Part shown: positions 57,816 through 64,000 of the stretch, piece after piece
Layout of the letters: every line of letters begins with the position of its first letter
How positions within the stretch are numbered: the stretch's first letter is position 1
Assembly: GCA_050246315.1 (NCBI GenBank)
Contig: JBFWWG010000011.1
Span: 98,112-162,111 of the forward strand
Direction of reading: 5' to 3'
DNA: 64,000 nt
DNA from: Nitrospiraceae bacterium
GTDB lineage: Bacteria; Nitrospirota; Nitrospiria; Nitrospirales; Nitrospiraceae
Program-made: the position numbers and the translations under genes
Notes under the pieces: model-generated
Told to the model about the DNA's origin: nothing
Seen by the model: the letters and a program-made list of their open reading frames with translations, nothing else
Databases searched by the model: none

Positions 57816-59465
57816 TTATGATGAAGATTCGAAGGCGTGACCGACGATCGCCTGCGCCTCGGTCTGGATCTGTTTGAGATGGTCGCGGCCGCGGAATGAC
57901 TCGGTATAGAGTTTATACACTTCCTCTGTCCCCGAGGGTCGTGCGGCGAACCAGCCGTGGCTGGTAACTACCTTGACGCCTCCGATCGAGGCTCCATTTC
58001 CTGGAGCCTTGGACAGCACCGACAGAACTGGATCCCCAGCCAACTCTCTGACTTGAAGCTGCTCGGGCGAGAGACTCTGGAGAATCGTCTTTTGACGCGC
58101 CGTCGCCGGGGCATCGATCCGCTCGTAACAGGGCTCGCCGAGTTCCTTCGTTAAGTCACGATACAATTCGCCTGGGTCCTTGCCGGTGACCGCGCGCATT
58201 TCGGCTGCCAGCAGATCCATAATGATGCCGTCCTTGTCGGTTGTCCACACAGTCCCATCCATCCGCAGAAACGACGCCCCTGCGCTTTCCTCTCCGCCGA
58301 ATCCCAGCGACCCGTCCAGGAGCCCCGGTACGAACCATTTGAATCCCACTGGCACCTCGACAAGCCGGCGGCCTAGTGAGTCCGCCACCCGGTCGATCAG
58401 GCTGCTGCTCACGAGAGTCTTGCCGATTGCGGCAGTCTCAGGCCACTGAGGACGATGGGCAAACAGGTAGGCGATGGCTGTTGCGAGGTAATGATTGGGA
58501 TTCAACAGTCCCGCGCTTCGCGTCACGATACCGTGGCGGTCGGAGTCCGCGTCGTTTCCAAAAGCTACGTCAAAGCGGTCGCGCAGCGCGATGAGCGCAC
58601 TCATCGCATAGGGTGAGGAACAGTCCATTCGTATTTTTCCGTCCCAATCGAGAGGCATGAACCGGAAGGTGGGATCGACCGACCGGTTGACGAGCTGCAC
58701 GTCCAGGCCGTACCGCGCTGCGAGCGGTTCCCAATAACCCACCACGGAACCGCCGAGTGGGTCCGCGCCAATAGTCAGTTTCGCCTCGCGTATACGCGGC
58801 AAGTCCACGACATGGACCAAATCCTCAATAAAGGTTCCGACGTAATCGTGCCGGTGGACGGTCCCGGCCTGCATCCCCCGCTCGTAGGGAATCCGTACGA
58901 CCTGGCGCAACCGCTCGTTCAGCAACCTGTTGGCCCGTTCCTCGATCCATTTCGTGATGCTGGTGTCCGCCGGGCCGCCGTTCGGCGGGTTGTACTTGAA
59001 GCCGCCGTCTTCAGGGGGATTGTGGGAGGGGGTGACGACGATGCCGTCCGCGAGGCCGGCCTGTCGGCCTCGGTTATAGGTCAGAATGGCGTGCGAAATG
59101 ACCGGAGTGGGCGTAAAGCCGTTGTCCCGATCAACCATGAGCTGCACGTGGTTGGCGGTCAGCACTTCAATCGCCGTTCGAAAGGCCGGTTCCGACAGGG
59201 CATGTGTATCGCGACCCAGGAAGAGCGGGCCGGTGATTCGTTCCTGCTGTCGATAGTCGCAGATGGCCTGCGTGGTGGCCAAGATATGGGCTTCGTTGAA
59301 TGTCTGCCGCAAGGCCGAACCCCGATGGCCGCTGGTCCCAAAACTGACACGATGGGCGGGGTTGCCCGGATCGGGCGCGTTCGCATAGTACGCGTCCTGC
59401 AAGGCCGCGGCATCGATCAGCAGGTCAGGCGGAGCCGGCTTCCCGGCTAGTGGGTGTATGGCCAT
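57816..59465 (-). CDS. pgm: Phosphoglucomutase (alpha-D-glucose-1,6-bisphosphate dependent)
   Basis: [35 protein letters not shown]. Confidence 0.96.
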   Translation of the reverse strand: MAIHPLAGKPAPPDLLIDAAALQDAYYANAPDPGNPAHRVSFGTSGHRGSALRQTFNEAHILATTQAICDYRQQERITGPLFLGRDTHALSEPAFRTAIEVLTANHVQLMVDRDNGFTPTPVISHAILTYNRGRQAGLADGIVVTPSHNPPEDGGFKYNPPNGGPADTSITKWIEERANRLLNERLRQVVRIPYERGMQAGTVHRHDYVGTFIEDLVHVVDLPRIREAKLTIGADPLGGSVVGYWEPLAARYGLDVQLVNRSVDPTFRFMPLDWDGKIRMDCSSPYAMSALIALRDRFDVAFGNDADSDRHGIVTRSAGLLNPNHYLATAIAYLFAHRPQWPETAAIGKTLVSSSLIDRVADSLGRRLVEVPVGFKWFVPGLLDGSLGFGGEESAGASFLRMDGTVWTTDKDGIIMDLLAAEMRAVTGKDPGELYRDLTKELGEPCYERIDAPATARQKTILQSLSPEQLQVRELAGDPVLSVLSKAPGNGASIGGVKVVTSHGWFAARPSGTEEVYKLYTESFRGRDHLKQIQTEAQAIVGHAFESSS

Positions 59466-59634
59466 AGATGTGTCGGAATGTTGAAAGGTTTTCGGATCGA
59501 ACACAACCAACTTGCGCGATCATAGGGCGAACGGAGATCTGAAACAAGGGACCTTGTGACGGGGGATCGCACAGGTCACGGTCAGGGCGGGTGAGGACGG
59601 GGGTGTAGGCGGGGCGAGGCACCGCGCGGAACCG

Positions 59635-59775
59635 TTATCGGCTGTGCGATCGTCTGACGCGCAACCAATTCAGGACACGCTCGCAGGCTGTTTCGATCGG
59701 TCCTTCGGCCATCAGTGCCAAGCCGAGCAGCGCCAAGATGCTCATCACCAGTCCGGCTTCCTCGAAGTCAGACAT
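59635..59775 (-). CDS. Small 46-aa membrane protein
   Basis: Strong AAGGAGGAG RBS before ATG; MSDFEEAGLVMSILALLGLALMAEG... single hydrophobic helix. Confidence 0.5.
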   Translation of the reverse strand: MSDFEEAGLVMSILALLGLALMAEGPIETACERVLNWLRVRRSHSR

Positions 59776-60117
59776 CGGCTCCTCCTTGTAGGCTGGGAAC
59801 GAGGTCTCAAGGTAGCCGAGGGCGGCCTTGTCGGGGTAGTCCTCAAAGGAACAGAACCGCAGTCTTTTGTAGGATAAGGAGCCAGCAACCCTTAAAAAGC
59901 GCCGTTCAAAGGAGGGAAGGAGCGAACGGAGGGCCAGGCCGGTCGGGGTCTTGAGCCGATCGATCCGACTGATCGTCCGCCAAACGAACTCCACCTGCGT
60001 CACGACCCGTCCGGCACGAACGATCGGCCGGCATCAGGGAAACGCGCTTGCGATTCGGCCTTCATCGGACATAAGATTACGTGGTCCTTCTTTACGAGGC
60101 CGATCGTCACCAAGGGG

Positions 60118-61401
<1,284 letters not shown>

Positions 61402-61751
61402 CCATGCCCCTCATACCTTCCTCAGAGTATCGTTGCACACAGCACCCCTCCTGTCGCGTCAGCTAGTAAACCGGCCCAGCCTTTCTTCAACCGGCCCTGC
61501 AACACCGTGCAACAGGCAGCGGCTCTGATTCAGGCTGTCTGCCGCCGGCGGCGGTCACAAGCTGCGGAGGAGGCAACGGGACCTCCCCTCGATGGCGTGT
61601 GAAGCCTCCTGCGCTCCGCGTCGCTCTTCCAGGTCATCGACGATCCAGCGACTCGATCAGCGCGACCATCGTCGCGAGGCCCATGATCTCAACCATGCGA
61701 CACCTCGCAACGACTGGGGACAATCGGAGTGGCGCCCGGTATCACGCATAC

Positions 61752-61925
61752 TTATGCGGCATGGCGGCTTCTGACTGGTCCATGTGTCGGCTCGGTCGAG
61801 TTGCTCAGGTCGATCGACAGGTCTGACGATTCGCTCTTTCCCCTATAGAGAATCGCCATGCACACAAAGAACAGCCCGACCATGGTCATCAGACCCGCCA
61901 CAATTCCCCAGTATCCCCAGGACAT
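61752..61925 (-). CDS. Small 57-aa single-TM protein (below the ORF-track cutoff)
   Basis: GAGGTG RBS; MSWGYWGIVAGLMTMVGLFFVCMAILYRGKSESSDLSIDLSNSTEPTHGPVRSRHAA. Confidence 0.6.
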   Translation of the reverse strand: MSWGYWGIVAGLMTMVGLFFVCMAILYRGKSESSDLSIDLSNSTEPTHGPVRSRHAA

Positions 61926-62009
61926 AAAGCACCTCGCTTGTTGCGGACGACCTCGGTGGTGACGTCCGGCTGTTTCGCGGTCGATCGGTGTTCGTCTGTG
62001 CTCCGTCGT

Positions 62010-62951
62010 TCACGCAATCTTCCGGTACACCCGCTGCAGGGCCTCAAACTTCATGTCGGCAACCGTCTCCTCTTCCGACCGTCCTGACCTGAAGGCCAGA
62101 CTGCCGCCGAAGATGCCGAGCAAAGCCGCGCTGGCCGCGATAAAGTACCCGACCGGGATCTCAGGCCAGGATCGCGGATCGGTTAGTCCGGCGGTCCGTT
62201 TATCGGCCATGGCCAGTCGCTCGAACTGCTCGGCGACTTGTTGAGTTTTCCTGATGGCCGTCAACACGCCGGCCAATTGATGTTGGTTGGCGGCGTGTGC
62301 ATCTTCATACCGCATCTGAGCCTGCGTCACCTGCATGATGGCTCGGCCGGTCCGTTCCTGAACTTGCCCGGCAAGCGCCGTCAATTCCCGGCTGGTGTCC
62401 ACAATGGTTCGGCCGAGGGTTGGCTGCCAAACCGACGAAAACTCGCCATCCAATCTCTGCCCCATGGTTTCGGTCGCGTGAATCATTCGTGTATTGAACT
62501 CCGACGACTCGAATCCCGTCGGCACCATGCCGTTCCGCCAGCCGCGCTGGGAAAAGTTGACGATGGCACGGCCCATCACGGTTTGTACCCGGCCGTGATG
62601 ATCGGTCTTCATGCGTGCAGCCTTGTCTTCGACGATCTGGTTGAGATTCCGGGGCGAGCTGTCGAACCGGTGCTGTGCCATCAGGGCGCGCGAAAGGTTG
62701 GTTGCGCTTTCTGTGATCGCGCGAGGGCCGTCGCGTTCCAGAAGAGATTCATCGAGGATGGCTTGGCCCAGCGCCGGCTGGAGCCAGACCATGCTTGCTA
62801 GAATGCCGGTCGGATGCGAGGTCGCCCCTTGTTGAGGTCGGCCCGTCTGGAAGGTCCCGTTGGCGGCGGTCATCAACAGGTAGCCGCTGAACACCGTCGC
62901 CGCCAGTCCAATGGCTACCGCGAGATCGTTGATGTCGTAATGGCGTTCCAT
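62010..62951 (-). CDS. Hypothetical membrane-anchored helical protein (TM near each end)
   Basis: AAGGAGGG RBS before ATG 62951; two hydrophobic segments; internal LQPALGQAI / WQPTLGRTI / VQERTGRAI repeats. Confidence 0.7.
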   Translation of the reverse strand: MERHYDINDLAVAIGLAATVFSGYLLMTAANGTFQTGRPQQGATSHPTGILASMVWLQPALGQAILDESLLERDGPRAITESATNLSRALMAQHRFDSSPRNLNQIVEDKAARMKTDHHGRVQTVMGRAIVNFSQRGWRNGMVPTGFESSEFNTRMIHATETMGQRLDGEFSSVWQPTLGRTIVDTSRELTALAGQVQERTGRAIMQVTQAQMRYEDAHAANQHQLAGVLTAIRKTQQVAEQFERLAMADKRTAGLTDPRSWPEIPVGYFIAASAALLGIFGGSLAFRSGRSEEETVADMKFEALQRVYRKIA

Positions 62952-63748
62952 AATACCCTCCTTCGCCCGTCGGGCAGGGCTCTGCGCGGCAGGTGTCCGA
63001 TTAATCGTTTCGCCCGAGGGCCTTCGCATAGCGGTTTAAGCCGGTAGTCCATCAAGTTAAATTCCTCCTGAGCGATGTGCGGGATGGCTCGGCACGGATG
63101 AATCGGCGTGACCGGTTCGTGGTGCCGATTGAGATCGGCCGCAGTGGAGCCTGATAGCGAACGTCTAAGGCGATGATTTCAGAGGCTAAGTGAGAAGTGA
63201 AACGAACGATGGTGTGATCGCACAGAAAGAGAACATGGGTGCTGAAGGGAGGGCACCCGGGATGGCCATACCGTCGGATTCGTGTTCCGCGGAGGACCAT
63301 AGCCACCACCTGTAGAGCAAGGCGGTTGCAGAGAACAATTCTAGTCTACGCGTCGGACGCAAGACAGGTCAACTGAGCTGCGGGCAAGAGGAACCCTGTC
63401 CCAGACATGGGTGTGTCGGTGCGAGAAGTTTCCTGGTGGGGGGAATCTCTACCGACAGCGGCTTCTTGGAAACCATGCAGAGCTGCCGGTTCTTGAGAAG
63501 TTTGGATCGGAGGTAAGGCTTCTACTGGCGATCTTCTCTGCTAACCGCGGCTGCGATAAACCGATATTACGGCGAGCGGTTCAAGTAAAGCTTGGATCAG
63601 AAGGAGCGAATCGGTGGAAGGTGTTTCTCCGGCGTCAATGCAGATGGGGCTCCGCCTGGTGAGCCGCGGGGCTAGCAAGCTTGGATCTGACAGGGTGAAT
63701 CGCTGAGGGAGTTCTCCGCGGGCGGCATATACCTAACAACTTGAAAGA

Positions 63749-63948
63749 GCCAGCGGTTCACACGAAGTGCGGATCTGAAATGAAGACCACGGGAGGATTT
63801 CTCCGCTGGCCACAGTTACGATGAGACGATAAATAGGCCAGCGGTTCACACGAAGTGCGGATCTGAAATGAAGACCACGGGAGGATTTCTCCGCTGGCCA
63901 CAGTTACGATGAGACGATAAATAGGCCAGCGGTTCACACGAAGTGCGG
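63749..63948. repeat. 88-bp exact tandem repeat (2 full copies + 24 bp) abutting the tRNA 3' end
   Basis: gccagcggttcacacgaagtgcgg starts at 63749, 63837 and 63925. Confidence 0.93.
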
Positions 63949-63950
63949 TA

Positions 63951-64000
63951 TGGTGGGCCGTGTAGGGGTCGAACCTACGGCCCGCTGATTAAGAGTCAGC
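63951..64000 (-). tRNA. tRNA-Lys (CUU), 3' portion; 5' end outside window
   Basis: Reverse complement gctgaCTCTTAAtcagc anticodon arm, GTTCGA T-loop, CCA end. Confidence 0.93.

Noticed and set aside
63052..63750. Integrase/att site or coding ORFs next to the tRNA
   Set aside because: No integrase motifs and no duplicated tRNA 3' end seen in the window; the short ORFs lack RBS or family features.
63749..63948. CRISPR array (24-bp repeat x3)
   Set aside because: The two 64-bp 'spacers' are identical and there are no cas genes; it is a plain tandem repeat.

Overview
GC-rich bacterial chromosome window. A Nitrospira-like origin is a guess from gene content and repeat families, not proven. Bases ~1-49,400 form a large conflict/accessory island. 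It holds a 5'-truncated lipase-CHAT protease and a complete, tightly coupled extracellular contractile injection system (eCIS, Afp/PVC-like; 3.0-34.2 kb). The eCIS encodes sheath, tube, DUF4255 cap, AAA+ ATPase, split tube initiator/LysM, split VgrG, PAAR-like tip, gp25, three baseplate proteins and a DUF6519 tail fibre. Inside it is an array of five DUF4157 proteins with swapped C-termini (beta-barrel-like, zincin, M35 protease, annexin+gluzincin, unknown). The operon ends in a pair of ATP-grasp ligase genes placed directly after a tail fibre that has a KxxE/D-rich tail, and two atypical NarL-type regulators bracket the locus. Next come a minus-strand cluster (amidase-SH3, DUF4062-TM-TPR, DUF4071/TPR/SLOG-like, patatin, TIR-TPR), a nucleotide-translocase-like MFS gene, and a NucA nuclease + S8 protease pair. 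The rest is more ordinary: BON protein, two MFS genes, glycogen-debranching-like enzyme, GT4, pgm, a clpX paralog, small membrane proteins, an 88-bp tandem repeat and the 3' part of tRNA-Lys(CUU). Best candidates for undescribed biology: (1) ATP-grasp (graspetide-like) modification of the eCIS tail fibre, (2) the DUF4071-SLOG/patatin/TIR signalling-type defence module, (3) a possible ABBA prenyltransferase inside the effector array. All domain calls come from motif recognition by eye; no searches were run.
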